A DNA stretch of 63,686 bases, filler included, from 8 parts of 8 records of this genome joined end to end with filler, not necessarily neighbours in it, one strand, 5' to 3'. Shown: positions 39,824 to 51,693, counted from the whole stretch's first letter. A program made the numbers and translations. Notes: generated by a model not told the origin, from the letters alone.

Positions 39824-40546
39824 ATGGATTTATTATTAATACAGAGTTGCCTCGTGGTACTTTTTGCCGCTATAGTACAATCCACTACAGGATTTGCATT
39901 TGGAATAATATTGATGATGTTTTTCCCAATGTTTTTTAGTGTTCCAGAGAGTATGTGGTTAGTAAACTTCATAAATTTAATAACTGTTTGTTCTATAACT
40001 TTCCAACATCGTCGTCATATTAACTATAAATTAGTATGGTTACCACTACTATTATCAATAGCAGGTAACTATATTGGTATGGCTAATATGATTGGCTTCG
40101 ATAGAGAGTTAGGGATAAAAATAGTTGGAACTGCATTGATATGTCTTGCTATTTACTTTCTGTTTTTCTCAAAGAAAGTTAAAGTTGAGGCAAATCAGTG
40201 GACAGCAGCAGGAAGTGGAATAGTATCTGGTCTAATGGGTGGATTCTTCAATATGCCCGGGCCTGCAATGGTACTTTATTACTCTGTTGCTATCAAGGAA
40301 AAAGAGGAATATATCGCGACTATACAATTTCTTTTCATGTTCAGTACCATTTATAGAGTATCTTTCTTAACAAGTAGAATTAGCCCGACTCCTACGATGT
40401 ACCATTTGCTTCCGTACACTTTTGCAGCAGCAATAATCGGTATATTATTAGGACATAAAATATTCAAAAAAATGTCAGGAGTTTGGATACAAAAGGGTGT
40501 TTATAGTTTAATGGTTCTTTTCGGAATCTATTATATGATTCGATAA
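39824..40546 (+). CDS. TauE/SafE-family sulfite exporter-like permease
   Basis: QSTTGFAFG, SGLMGG..MPGP; about 8 TM segments. Confidence 0.88.
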   Translation: MDLLLIQSCLVVLFAAIVQSTTGFAFGIILMMFFPMFFSVPESMWLVNFINLITVCSITFQHRRHINYKLVWLPLLLSIAGNYIGMANMIGFDRELGIKIVGTALICLAIYFLFFSKKVKVEANQWTAAGSGIVSGLMGGFFNMPGPAMVLYYSVAIKEKEEYIATIQFLFMFSTIYRVSFLTSRISPTPTMYHLLPYTFAAAIIGILLGHKIFKKMSGVWIQKGVYSLMVLFGIYYMIR

Positions 40547-40604
40547 TATTAAGTTTAGTAAAAACATAAAAGAAGCAATGTTTGAAATAATAGGGGAGAA
40601 AATT

Positions 40605-40988
40605 ATGTATTTGGAAAATAGAGAGATTGATCATATAAATTTAACAGTACCAAATCTAGAAGAAGCAATTGAGTTTTATACAAAAACTTTAGGCTTTAAA
40701 TTAAGAGATCGTTATGAAGGTAATGGTAAGAAATTAGTATATTTAACGAATTCTGATCATGTATATGAACTAATGGAGAATAAAGAAAATACAGGCACAG
40801 TGATAGATCATATCGCGTATGTATCAGATGATATTGAAGCAGATTATAATCATTATAAAAATATTAATGAAGAACTTTTGTTGGGAGAAGTAGGCTTTGT
40901 TGATTTTTTATTTGAAAACGGTGTGTACTATTTTTTCATTAGTGGAAATGGAAAAGAAAGAATAGAATTTTGTCAAAGGAAAGGATAA
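40605..40988 (+). CDS. VOC/glyoxalase-family protein
   Basis: IDHINLTVPNLEEAIEFY, IDHIAY, ERIEF; ATG after GGGGAG. Confidence 0.88.
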   Translation: MYLENREIDHINLTVPNLEEAIEFYTKTLGFKLRDRYEGNGKKLVYLTNSDHVYELMENKENTGTVIDHIAYVSDDIEADYNHYKNINEELLLGEVGFVDFLFENGVYYFFISGNGKERIEFCQRKG

Positions 40989-40992
40989 TAAC

Positions 40993-41496
40993 ATGAACTC
41001 AATATTTACAAGAAGAAGTATCAGACAATTTAAAGATAAAGAGATTGAAACTGAAAAGATGGATAAGTTACTTAGAGCAGCGATGCAAGCGCCATCAGCA
41101 GGAAACCAACAACCTTGGGATTTTGCTGTAGTAGAAGGAAGAGAAAATTTAGAAAAACTTTCAGAGTTTGCACCGTTTGCGCAGAGTCTAAAAACTGCCG
41201 GAGCTGCAATCATTGTTATGGGAAATCAGGAAAGAATATCTAAACAAGTGATGTGGCATCAGGATGCTAGTTGTGCGTCGCAAAATATATTATTACAAGC
41301 AGCAGAACTTGGTTTAGGTGGAGTTTGGTTAGGGACAACACCTCATGAAGATAGAATTAAATTCATCAGAGAGCTTTTTGATATAGAAGAGAAGTATATT
41401 CCGTTTAGTGTTTTAGCTATTGGATATCCAAATAGTGAAGCAGCTAATAGATTTATAGATAGATTTGATGAAAGTAGAATCAGATATATTAAATAA
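40993..41496 (+). CDS. Nitroreductase-family protein
   Basis: RRSIRQF, APSAGNQQPW, GLGGVW, IGYP. Confidence 0.92.
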   Translation: MNSIFTRRSIRQFKDKEIETEKMDKLLRAAMQAPSAGNQQPWDFAVVEGRENLEKLSEFAPFAQSLKTAGAAIIVMGNQERISKQVMWHQDASCASQNILLQAAELGLGGVWLGTTPHEDRIKFIRELFDIEEKYIPFSVLAIGYPNSEAANRFIDRFDESRIRYIK

Positions 41497-41714
41497 TTAT
41501 TTTATTATTAAACTTGCAAGATCAAATATAGTTCACAAAAACCAAATTGTAAATTTTAATTTTCTCTATGAAACTTTTCACTTGAATCTCCAGGGCCCGG
41601 GGATTTTGAATTATTAAAGTCTAACAATTTAAAATTATTAATTATACCAGCTTAATAATTTTGAGAAGCGTTAATAGATTAAATAAGATTTGCACAAACA
41701 AAGGAGAAGAGATT

Positions 41715-42542
41715 ATGAAATTGAAGAAAAAATTATTATTATTTGCCGCTGCAACAATTCTTGCAGCAAATGCATTCGCACAAGACAGCTTTAGCGAAAA
41801 CACTGTTATTACATCATCTGATATTAACTGGGGACATTTAAACCCTAAAAGAGGAGATGCAAGTCCAAGAGCTGCTGATCTATATGGTAACAGATTAGAA
41901 GATGTGCCTACAGGTATGTTAGTTAAATTTGCAGAAGGATTCGCTTCACCTCCACATATTCATAACATTACTTACAGAGCTGTTGTTATTGATGGATTAT
42001 TACACAATGACGATCCTGATGCTGCTTCAATGTGGTTAGGGCCTGGTTCATTCTGGACTCAACCTGCAGGTGCAGATCACATTACATCATCTAATACTAA
42101 AAGTGCTTTAATTTACTTAGAAATTGATAGTGGACCTTACTTAGTACAACCAAGTAACATGCATTTTGATAATGGTGAAGCACCAATTAATATCGATAAA
42201 AAGAACTTGGTATGGTTAGACGATGCTGATGCTGAATGGGTAAAAAGTGGAGATGCTGAAATTGCATATCTATGGGGGGATCTTAAAGGAGATAATGGAT
42301 CTTTCTTAAGACTTCCAGCTAACTTCAAAGGGTTTATTAAAGATGAAACTCCTATGCACGGTGTTGTAGTTACAGGAGATATGGCTTACAGATGGGAAAA
42401 TGATAAAGAAGTTAAAAGATTAGAGGCTAGTAATTTCTTTAGCTCGGAAATTAAAGGAAAACATTTTATTCAAACAGGTAAGGAAGAAGTAACTATATAC
42501 ATGAGAAGTTTAGGTAGTTACGAAATTATTCAAACAAACTAA
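41715..42542 (+). CDS. DUF4437 cupin-like exported protein
   Basis: ATG after AAGGAG; WGHLNPKRGD, SPPHIHNITYR, GSFWTQPAG. Confidence 0.8.
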   Translation: MKLKKKLLLFAAATILAANAFAQDSFSENTVITSSDINWGHLNPKRGDASPRAADLYGNRLEDVPTGMLVKFAEGFASPPHIHNITYRAVVIDGLLHNDDPDAASMWLGPGSFWTQPAGADHITSSNTKSALIYLEIDSGPYLVQPSNMHFDNGEAPINIDKKNLVWLDDADAEWVKSGDAEIAYLWGDLKGDNGSFLRLPANFKGFIKDETPMHGVVVTGDMAYRWENDKEVKRLEASNFFSSEIKGKHFIQTGKEEVTIYMRSLGSYEIIQTN

Positions 42543-42564
42543 AAAGCTAAATAAATGAATAAAA

Positions 42565-42593
42565 TCATTCCCCGCTAAATTGGCGGGGAATGA
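42565..42593. terminator. Hairpin, probable terminator
   Basis: TCATTCCCCGCtA-AAT-TgGCGGGGAATGA. Confidence 0.55.
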
Positions 42594-42672
42594 AGTCTAA
42601 AAAAATAGAGAACAATGTGAGGTATTATGGAGATTTAATAGTTTATTAACGGGATATAAAAAGGAGAAAATT

Positions 42673-43386
42673 ATGAAAAAAATTATATTAGTTTTACTTA
42701 TAATTTTGGGTTTTAGTTCATTTTCTGACACATTTAATCATGCTGTAATTCAGGGATTAATTGAGCAGGAGATTGGCGAAGTTATAGTTACAAGAGTTTA
42801 TGAAAATCTAGGTCATGAAATAATCATTACAAAATTACCAGGTTCAAGGGCTGCTAAAGAATCTAGTTCAGGAAAGAAAGATGGAGAGATTATGCGTATT
42901 TATAAATTTGCTGATGCATTTCCTACATTAATTAGAGTTCCAACAGTTTATTATTCATTTGGTTTTACAGGTTTTGTTCGAAAAGATAAAAATATTAGAG
43001 TTAATTCTAAAGAGGATTTAAAAAAATATAAAGTTGGGTATGTTCGTGGTGTAAAAGTAGCTGCTGATTTATCTGAAGGTGTAAAAAATGTAATAACAGT
43101 AAACGATACTGAACAATTAATAAAGATGGTAAATGCTGGAAGAGTTGATATTGGATTAGTAACAGATGTAGATGGTAAACTTGCAGCTAAAAAGTTTAGA
43201 TTTAATAATGTTGTAGAGTTAGAGAAACCACTTCTTGCAATAGGTGGTTATCATTATGTTCATGAAAAGAATAAAGCAATAGTTGCTGAATTAGATGCTG
43301 AGATTCAGAGAATGAAGCAAACAGGAGAGCTGGATAAGTTAGTAAAAGAAGCTGAAGATACAGTGTTTGAAAGACACTTAAAATAG
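42673..43386 (+). CDS. Periplasmic substrate-binding protein (family 3-like)
   Basis: Signal peptide; LPGSRA, DGE, VGYVRG, MVNAGRVD. Confidence 0.75.
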   Translation: MKKIILVLLIILGFSSFSDTFNHAVIQGLIEQEIGEVIVTRVYENLGHEIIITKLPGSRAAKESSSGKKDGEIMRIYKFADAFPTLIRVPTVYYSFGFTGFVRKDKNIRVNSKEDLKKYKVGYVRGVKVAADLSEGVKNVITVNDTEQLIKMVNAGRVDIGLVTDVDGKLAAKKFRFNNVVELEKPLLAIGGYHYVHEKNKAIVAELDAEIQRMKQTGELDKLVKEAEDTVFERHLK

Positions 43387-43474
43387 TCTACTTATTTGAA
43401 AAAATCAAACTGTAAGTTCATAAAAATTCGACTTATTTTTGATTTTTTAGTCTCTTTAATTACAGGAGGAAAAA

Positions 43475-44089
43475 GTGAAAAAAAGATTATTAGGATTGAG
43501 TATTTTAGTATTTGTCTTGATGTCCAATATTACACACTCAGAAGAAAAAGTAGATAATAAAAATATAAATAGTATGATTTTCGTAAAAGGCGGATCGTTT
43601 CAAATGGGGTCTATTGAAGACATCTATGAAGGACCGGCGCATCATGTTGCAGTGAATGATTTTATGATAGCAAAATTTGAAGTAACACAGGCGGAATACA
43701 AGGAAGTAATGGGAAATAATCCATCATTTTTTGAAGGTGATAATCGACCGGTAGAGCAAGTAAGCTGGTATGATGCCATAAAATATTGTAATGCACTGAG
43801 TAAAAAAGAGGGTTTAGCTCCTGCTTATAGCAAAAGAGGAAATTTACTTGAAAAAAGCGGAGATATTACTACAGATGTGACGAAGGTTGAAGGTTATAGA
43901 CTTCCTACGGAAGCGGAGTGGGAGTTTGCGGCTAGAGGGGGAAATAAATCTAAGGGAACTGAGTATAGTGGAAGTGATGATCTGGAGGGAGTTGCCTGGC
44001 ATTTAGGTAATTCCGGAAAAGAGACTCATCCTGTAGGAGAAAAAGAAGCAAATGAATTAGGAATATATGATATGAGTGGAAATGTTTGG
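43475..44089 (+). CDS. SUMF1/FGE-sulfatase domain protein (3' truncated)
   Basis: GGSFQMG, EVTQ, PVEQVSW, RLPTEAEWEFAARGG, DMSGNVW. Confidence 0.9.
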
Positions 44090-44190
44090 NNNNNNNNNNN
44101 NNNNNNNNNNNNNNNNNNNNNNNNNNNNNNNNNTTAATTAATTAANNNNNNNNNNNNNNNNNNNNNNNNNNNNNNNNNNNNNNNNNNNNA

Positions 44191-47100
44191 ATTCGAACTC
44201 GGTTTACTTTCTGGTTTTTGGCAATTACTTTATTCCCGTTTTTAGTAATACTAACAATACTTTATTCGCAGCAGCAAACCCTGATTGAAACCAGCACATT
44301 TGAAAAACTTACTGCCATTCGCGATTTAAAAGTGGAACAATTAAATAGTTGGATTGATGAGATCTCGGCCGACATGTTGGTAATTTCCGGTGATTTTGAA
44401 ATACGCGGTTTGGAAGAACTTTTCAGTGAAAATCAAAATCCTGCTAATGAAGGTGAAATAGTAGAAACGGCACAACATTTATTGACCCGCAACCTTGAAA
44501 ATTCACCTAATTATTCTGAAATATTCATCATTAATTCATCGACCAGTTTAATCGAAATCTCAACAAACTCAGGTAATACAGGCAAAAATGCATCGGCCGA
44601 CTTATATTATACCAGGCCGCTTGAAACTGGCGAATTATATATCAGCGATATCTCACTTTCCGGAGAAACTAACCAACCTGAAATGGTAGTTTCTACGCCT
44701 ATTTATTGCATGTCGCACAACAAACACATAATAGGTGTTTTAGTAGCAAAAATTAACCTGAACGAATCACTATACAAAACGTTATTAAACCGAACCGGGC
44801 TTGGTAATTCAGGAGAAACATTAATTGTAAACTCCGACGTAATTGCTTTAAATGAACTACGATGGTACAATGATGCACCGTTAAAACTAAAAATTTCTGC
44901 AGAACCTGCAGTTATGGCTTCAAAAGGAAATACGGGCATTACAACTACCACCGATTACAGGGGCGAAGAAATATTAGCAGCATATTCTTATATTTCGCGC
45001 ACACGCTGGGGATTTGTATGCAAACAAGATTTGAGGGAATTAAATCAACCCATCCGTGAAATGCTCTACAATTTTTTAATTTTGTTTCTTCTTACCAGTA
45101 TTATTGTTGTATTTCTCGCTTTTCGTATTAGCCAATCATTCTCTAAACCAATTATTCAATTAAACCAAAATGCAAAAAAAATTACCGGAGGCGACTTTTC
45201 AGTTCGTAATCCGGTTGAAAAGTTAGATGAACTTGGTTCGTTGGCAAATCAATTTAATAAAATGGCCGATGAAATTGAGATGCGACTGCAAATACAGGAA
45301 CAGGTTTACGATATCTCAAAAACGTTAATTCGCCCTTCTACACAATCCGAATTTGGAAATCAACTGATTCAGAAATTTATTGAAATTACACACGCCAACA
45401 TGGGGATAATGTATGTTCTTAACAAAAAGAAAGATAAATACGTACATTTTGCTTCTTATGGTGCAAACAAAAATTTACTTGAACCGGTAAGTGCAACAAA
45501 TCCACCTGGCGAAATTGGAAATGCCATTGTTTTTAAACGCATTCAATACCTTCGCAATATTCCTAAAAAAACACACTTTAGTTTTAACACCCTTGCCGGA
45601 AATGCAAACCCAAAAGAAATTATCACACTTCCAATTATAGTTGATTCTGAAGTTATTGCGGTTATTACACTCGTAAACATTAGAAAATTCAGCAATAAAA
45701 ACTACTCAATCCTCGAACAGTCGTGGCACATTCTGAATACTTCGTATTCCAGAATCCAAACCAACGAACAAACGCGGCTACTTGCTCAACATCTCTCGAA
45801 AACCAATGAAAAACTGGAAGCTCAAACTGAAGAATTACAAGACCAGGCTGAAGAATTACAAGATCAGGCTGAAGAACTACAGCGTGCGTCAGAAGAACTT
45901 CATCACCAGAACATTGAGTTGGAAACCCAACGTCAACAAGTTGAAACAGCAAATACGTTAAAGAGCGAATTTTTAACCAACATGAGTCATGAACTCCGAA
46001 CTCCGTTAAATTCAATACTGGCACTTTCCCGTGTGCTTCTAAATCAAGTAAAAGAAAAACTTGACCATGAAGAATACAATTATATTGAAATAGTTGAACG
46101 AAACGGAAAAAGGTTATTAACCCTCATCAACGACATACTTGATTTGTCGAAAGTAGAAGCCGGGAAAATGGAAATTGTGCCTCACCCAACTTCGGTAAAA
46201 GCACTGTTGCAAATGATTGTTGAAAATATCAGTCCATTAGCTCAGGAAAAAGGAATTGATTTGTCGTTAAATGTGCCCGAAAATATGCCCAGCATTGAAA
46301 CCGATGAATCAAGACTTCACCAGGTTTTATTAAATATTGTGGGCAATGCAGTTAAATTTACCGATAAAGGAAGTATTCAGATAACTTCAGATTTTGATGA
46401 CCAAAAAGTACAAATAAGGATAAAAGACACTGGGATTGGAATTTCGGAAGAGATGCTTACTCACATTTTTGAAGAATTCAGGCAAGCCGACGGAACTTCC
46501 TCCCGCAGATACGAAGGAACAGGACTGGGATTAACCATTGCATACAAAATTGTTGAAATTCTGGGCGGGAAAATTGAAGTTAAAAGTAAAACAGGTGTTG
46601 GATCTGAATTTACAATTATATTACCGGTAAATGCCAACAACAAAACATTTAATAAAAATGAAACCAACCAGGTCCAACAACCTAACAATGCAATCCTTGT
46701 GGTAGACGACAATCCTGAACATCAGAAAAAAATAGCAAAATGTGTTAACGAAGCCGGTTATTTAAACCTCAAAGCAAACACCGGGGAAGAAGCAATAAAA
46801 ATGGCCGAGAAACACCAGCCAAATGCAATAACACTGGATATTATTATGCAGAATATGGATGGCTGGGAAGTCCTTCAAAAATTAAAATCCAATAAAAAAA
46901 CAAAACATATACCGGTAATAATTATCTCTGTCTCGAATGATAAACAAACTGGTTTTGCACTTGGCGCAGTCGGGTTTATTCAAAAGCCAGTTCATAAAAA
47001 TCTACTCATTAAAGAACTTAAAAATATTAGCAAACTGCCAAAATCGGTAATGATAGTAGACGACAACCGTTATGAACTTAAGCAAATAGCAAAAGTTTTT

Positions 47101-48189
47101 GAGCAAAAAAATATTAATCTTATTTTGGCAAACAGTGGTAAAGAATGTCTTGAAATACTGGAACATAAAATCCCGGATATTTTAGTCCTCGATCTGCTTA
47201 TGCCGGAAACTGACGGATTTCAAGTTATTGAAACAATAAAGAAAATCACAAAAACAAAGAATATCCCCGTAATTGTGTTTACGGCAAAAAACCTGAACAG
47301 TAAAGAAGAAAGTAGATTAAAAGGAAAAGTAAATTCTGTAATTACTAAAAATAGCATCACACCCAACGAACTTTATAAAGAGGTTATAAAAGTTTTAAGA
47401 ACAGAAAAAAATATTCATGAAACTATACCAAAAACAAAAAAACAACTGCTTATTATTGAAGATAATGCAGATGCAATAATTCAGGTTCGTGCAATTCTGG
47501 AAAACAATAATTATTTGGTTGACGTAGCAAACGGAGGAAAAGAAGCACTAAAAAAGCTGGAAATTAAAATTCCCGATGGAATAATTCTGGATTTAATGAT
47601 GCCTGAAATAGATGGTTTTATGTTTTTAGAAGAAATACGCAATCATGTAAAATTCAAACACATCCCGGTTCTTATTCTAACGGCAAAAGATTTAACAAAA
47701 AAAGAACACCAACTGCTTAAAAAACATAATATTAACCAATTGATCCACAAAGGAGACATCGATATAAACGGACTGCTTTTTAACGTAAAGGAACTGATTG
47801 AAAACAAAAGCGATACAAATGAAAATAAACAACACAAAATATTAGTTATTGAAGACAATCCTGACAATATGATTACTGTTACTGCAATTCTAAATAACAG
47901 GTTTAAAATATTTGAAGCAGAAAGTGGCGAAAAAGGAATTGCAATAGCTCAGAAAAATAAACCCGATGTTATATTACTAGACATATCGCTGCCAAATATG
48001 GATGGAATTCAGGTTATTGAAGAGCTTAAAAAAGATGAAAAAACTAAGGCGATAAAAATAATAGCAGTTACAGCTCAGGCAATGGATGGCGACAAAGAGA
48101 AATTGCTAACTGCGGGTTGCAATGGCTATGTTTCAAAACCAATAGATACGGGTTTATTGTTAAACGAAATTGAAAATGTTTTAAATTAG
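44191..48189 (+). CDS. Hybrid sensor kinase: Cache, HAMP, GAF, HisKA, HATPase and four REC domains (5' truncated)
   Basis: MSHELRTPLN, NAVKFT, GTGLGL; four DD/ED...D(LI)xM/LP receiver blocks. Confidence 0.92.
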   Translation: MRTRFTFWFLAITLFPFLVILTILYSQQQTLIETSTFEKLTAIRDLKVEQLNSWIDEISADMLVISGDFEIRGLEELFSENQNPANEGEIVETAQHLLTRNLENSPNYSEIFIINSSTSLIEISTNSGNTGKNASADLYYTRPLETGELYISDISLSGETNQPEMVVSTPIYCMSHNKHIIGVLVAKINLNESLYKTLLNRTGLGNSGETLIVNSDVIALNELRWYNDAPLKLKISAEPAVMASKGNTGITTTTDYRGEEILAAYSYISRTRWGFVCKQDLRELNQPIREMLYNFLILFLLTSIIVVFLAFRISQSFSKPIIQLNQNAKKITGGDFSVRNPVEKLDELGSLANQFNKMADEIEMRLQIQEQVYDISKTLIRPSTQSEFGNQLIQKFIEITHANMGIMYVLNKKKDKYVHFASYGANKNLLEPVSATNPPGEIGNAIVFKRIQYLRNIPKKTHFSFNTLAGNANPKEIITLPIIVDSEVIAVITLVNIRKFSNKNYSILEQSWHILNTSYSRIQTNEQTRLLAQHLSKTNEKLEAQTEELQDQAEELQDQAEELQRASEELHHQNIELETQRQQVETANTLKSEFLTNMSHELRTPLNSILALSRVLLNQVKEKLDHEEYNYIEIVERNGKRLLTLINDILDLSKVEAGKMEIVPHPTSVKALLQMIVENISPLAQEKGIDLSLNVPENMPSIETDESRLHQVLLNIVGNAVKFTDKGSIQITSDFDDQKVQIRIKDTGIGISEEMLTHIFEEFRQADGTSSRRYEGTGLGLTIAYKIVEILGGKIEVKSKTGVGSEFTIILPVNANNKTFNKNETNQVQQPNNAILVVDDNPEHQKKIAKCVNEAGYLNLKANTGEEAIKMAEKHQPNAITLDIIMQNMDGWEVLQKLKSNKKTKHIPVIIISVSNDKQTGFALGAVGFIQKPVHKNLLIKELKNISKLPKSVMIVDDNRYELKQIAKVFEQKNINLILANSGKECLEILEHKIPDILVLDLLMPETDGFQVIETIKKITKTKNIPVIVFTAKNLNSKEESRLKGKVNSVITKNSITPNELYKEVIKVLRTEKNIHETIPKTKKQLLIIEDNADAIIQVRAILENNNYLVDVANGGKEALKKLEIKIPDGIILDLMMPEIDGFMFLEEIRNHVKFKHIPVLILTAKDLTKKEHQLLKKHNINQLIHKGDIDINGLLFNVKELIENKSDTNENKQHKILVIEDNPDNMITVTAILNNRFKIFEAESGEKGIAIAQKNKPDVILLDISLPNMDGIQVIEELKKDEKTKAIKIIAVTAQAMDGDKEKLLTAGCNGYVSKPIDTGLLLNEIENVLN
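45827..45882 (+). repeat. 21-bp tandem repeat (about 2.7 copies) encoding heptad EELQDQA
   Basis: CTGAAGAATTACAAGACCAGG / CTGAAGAATTACAAGATCAGG / CTGAAGAACTACAG. Confidence 0.85.
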
Positions 48190-48248
48190 AACATTTTATT
48201 TAATGCAACATATATCTTTTGTTATATTGAAAAATTAGTTCGAGGCAA

Positions 48249-50411
48249 ATGAAAAAGATACTTGCTATAGATGACCAGCCTGATAATTTAATTACCATTA
48301 AAGCTGTAATTAAATCAAACCTGCATAACTGCGAGGTAATTACGGCACAGTCGGGAAAAGAAGGGATCGCTCTTGCAGAATCAGAACAACCGGACACTAT
48401 TCTGCTCGATATAATTATGCCCGAAATAGATGGCTATGAAGTATGTAAACAACTTAAAAGCAGCGAAAAGACCAAGCATATTCCCATTGTAATGATTACG
48501 GCAATCAGAACCGACTCGAACAGCAGAATTAAGGGGTTAAACTTAGGTGCCGATGCATTTCTTTCAAAACCCATCGATCCCTCTGAATTATCGGCTCAGG
48601 TAAATGTTATGTTGCGTATTAAAGAGGCAGAAGATAAACTAAGAAAAGAAAATGAAAACCTGGAGCATATTATTTTGGCGCGCACCAGAGAACTCGAAGA
48701 AAGCGAAAAGCAATACAAATCGTTATATCATTTCGCCCCAATCCCATATCATTCATTAAATGAAGAAGGTCATTTTTTAGATGTTAATCAGGCCTGGCTA
48801 AATTTGCTTGGATACAAAAGAGAAGAGATAATTGGTAAATGGTATGGCGATTTACTGCATCCTGAATCGGTTCCTGTCTTTTCAGATAAATTTCCGCGAT
48901 TTAAAAAAAACGGGGCTGTGCAAAATGCCCTATTCAAAATAAGGCATAAAAAAGGAAATTATATTGATATTCAGTTAGATGGAAAAATTGGCTGTTACCC
49001 CGATGGGAAATTTAAACAAACCTATTGTGTATTTCAGGATATTACCGAAAAAAATAAAATCGAGAATGCCTTAAAAACCAGCGAAGAACGTTTCCGAAAA
49101 GCTTTTGAAACAAGTCCCGATGCTGTTAATATTACCAGAATTAACGATGGTAAATATATATCGGTAAACGATGGATTTACCCAAATAATGGGTTATTCAA
49201 AAGAAGAAGTAATTGGAAAATCGGCATTGGAATTAAAGATATGGGGAAATATTGAAGATCGGCAAAAATTTGTAAATGACTTAAAAACAAAAGGAACCGT
49301 AGAAAACCTTGACGCACAATTCAGAACCAAATCCGGAGAAATAATTGATGGTTTGATGTCGGCAGCAGTTATCGACTTAAACGGGGTTCCGCACAATATA
49401 AACATTACTCGAAATGTAACCGAAAGAAAAAAAGCAGAAAAGGCACACCTTGAAAGTGAAAGAAAACTAAATACCCTTATTAACAACCTTCAGGGAATTG
49501 CATATAAATGCAAACTAGACAAAAACTGGACCATGGAATACCTAAGTGCCGGTTTTGAAACAATAACAGGTTATAAAAGCGAACAAATAATAAACAATAA
49601 AGAAATTCCATTTAACAATTTAATTGTTTATGACGACAGAGAAAGAGTTTTTTCTGAGGTAATTAATGCACTGAAAACAAAAAATACTTTTGAAATAAAA
49701 TACCAGATAAAAACAACTAACGGTGAAATAAAACATGTTATCGACAGGAGTGCTGCCATTTATTCTAAAGAAAATGTACCTGTTGCGCTTGAAGGATTTA
49801 TTGTAGATATCTCATCACAAGTGCTTGCTGAAAAGGCATTAATAAAATCAGAAGAGAAATTTCGATTTCTGGCAAAGAACTCTATCGATTGCATCTGGAC
49901 AATGAATAAAAGCCTGGAATTTAATTTCTTAAGCCCGGCTCTAAAAAGAATTACCGGGTTCGAACCAAAAGAATGGATAGGGACAAAACTCAAATCACAC
50001 TTTACAAAAAAAGAGTATTTTAAAGCAAGCACATACGTAATAAATGCTATTCGAAATAATAAAAAACAATCTTCAATTTTATTTGAAACAAAAATTATAA
50101 ACAAAAATAGTATTGAAATTGATGTCGAATTCTCTGGCAACCTGATGCTTGACAACAAAGGGAATCTTGTTGGTTTACAAGGGACAATAAGAGACATTTC
50201 GAACAGAATTGTTTCTCGTGAAGCTTTAGTAGAAAGTGAAAAAAGATTTAAAGATCTTTCCAATTTATTACCCCAAATTGTTTATGAAACAAACTTAAAC
50301 GGTGAACTTACTTTTATTAATAAAATTGGACTCGAAACATTTGGGTATTCTGATAATGATTTCAAAAGTGGATTAAATATATTACAGGGAATTGCTCCTG
50401 AAGACAAAGAA
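48249..50411 (+). CDS. REC + multiple PAS signalling protein (3' truncated)
   Basis: IDDQPDN, DIIMP, GADAFLSKP; repeated SEERFR/QDIT/RDIS PAS-PAC units. Confidence 0.9.
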
Positions 50412-50523
50412 NNNNNNNNNNNNNNNNNNNNNNNNNNNNNNNNNNNNNNNNNNNNTTAATTAATTAANNNNNNNNNNNNNNNNNNNNNNNNNNNNNNNNN
50501 NNNNNNNNNNNCGGTGGCCTGAC

Positions 50524-51693
50524 ATGATCGAGGAATTCACACGGTTCAACAACAATAGACATGAAGCGATAAAAGTCTGGAAGAAAGAGACCGGGAAAAA
50601 GGTCTTCGGCTATTTCTGCTGCCTGGCCCCGGAAGAGATTCTGTTTGCTGCCGATATCCTGCCCATCCGCATCACCGGCACCGGCGAGCCCCTGGAACAG
50701 GCCGACCTCCACGTGCCGCCCAACTCCTGCCCCTTTGCCCGAAGCTGTCTCGACGCCGGTATGCGCGGGATCTATGATTACCTGGACGGCGTGGTGGCGC
50801 CCAACAGCTGCGACATCATCTTCACCATGGAATATTTCTGGAAGGAACTGGTCGACCGGCCCACCAAGCCGGCCATCATCAGCGGCGTGGACATCAAACC
50901 ATACGTCCATTACATCAATTATCCCGAAAAGATCAATAGCCGAGACGTGTTGCCTTTCTACCTGGAAGTGCTGGGCAAGTTCAAGCAGGATCTGGAGCGC
51001 ATCCTGGGCCGGCGGATCGGGGACGACGACCTGGCGCGGGCCGTCTCCGTCTACAACGAGGACAAGGTCCAGATGAAGCGCATGTACGAAATGCGTAAGT
51101 CCGATCCGGCCGGAATATCCGGATACGATGCCTGGCAGGTCACCCATGCCGGCGTTTGCATGCCCAAAGACCGACACGCCGAGGTCCTGCGGACATACCT
51201 CGATGACCTGGAGAAGAGCGGAGCGGCCGCGGAGGAGGGAGTTCGCCTTTACCTGTCCGGTTCGGCCATGGACCACATCAACGCGGACATATACCGCCTG
51301 ATCGAAGACTGCGGCGGCCAGGTCGTCTCCGACGACCTCTGTATGGGCACGCGCAGTTTCTGGTATCCGCTCAATCCGGACCTGCCGCCTCTGGAGGCCA
51401 TTGCCCGGCGCTCTCTGGGCACGGCCTGTCCGCGCTCAACCGTTACCGCAGCCATCCCGGAGAACCGGTGGGCCCACATCAAGTTCACCACCGATGGCTT
51501 CGATGTCGAGGGGGCTGTCTTTTATATCCTGAAATGCTGCGACGGCAGGCTATCCGAATATCCCCACCTCAGAGACAAGCTGAAAGATGAATTGGGCCTG
51601 CCCGTGCTCATGCTGGAAGGGGACTATACACGTGAGGGCGTGGAACAAATGCGAGGCCGGGTCGAAGCCTTTATAGAGATGATCGAAGGATGA
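50524..51693 (+). CDS. 2-hydroxyacyl-CoA dehydratase / benzoyl-CoA reductase subunit (HgdB/BcrC/BzdN family)
   Basis: GYFCCLAPEEI, CPFARS, NSCD, DDLCMGTR, KCCD, RVEAFIEMI. Confidence 0.88.
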   Translation: MIEEFTRFNNNRHEAIKVWKKETGKKVFGYFCCLAPEEILFAADILPIRITGTGEPLEQADLHVPPNSCPFARSCLDAGMRGIYDYLDGVVAPNSCDIIFTMEYFWKELVDRPTKPAIISGVDIKPYVHYINYPEKINSRDVLPFYLEVLGKFKQDLERILGRRIGDDDLARAVSVYNEDKVQMKRMYEMRKSDPAGISGYDAWQVTHAGVCMPKDRHAEVLRTYLDDLEKSGAAAEEGVRLYLSGSAMDHINADIYRLIEDCGGQVVSDDLCMGTRSFWYPLNPDLPPLEAIARRSLGTACPRSTVTAAIPENRWAHIKFTTDGFDVEGAVFYILKCCDGRLSEYPHLRDKLKDELGLPVLMLEGDYTREGVEQMRGRVEAFIEMIEG

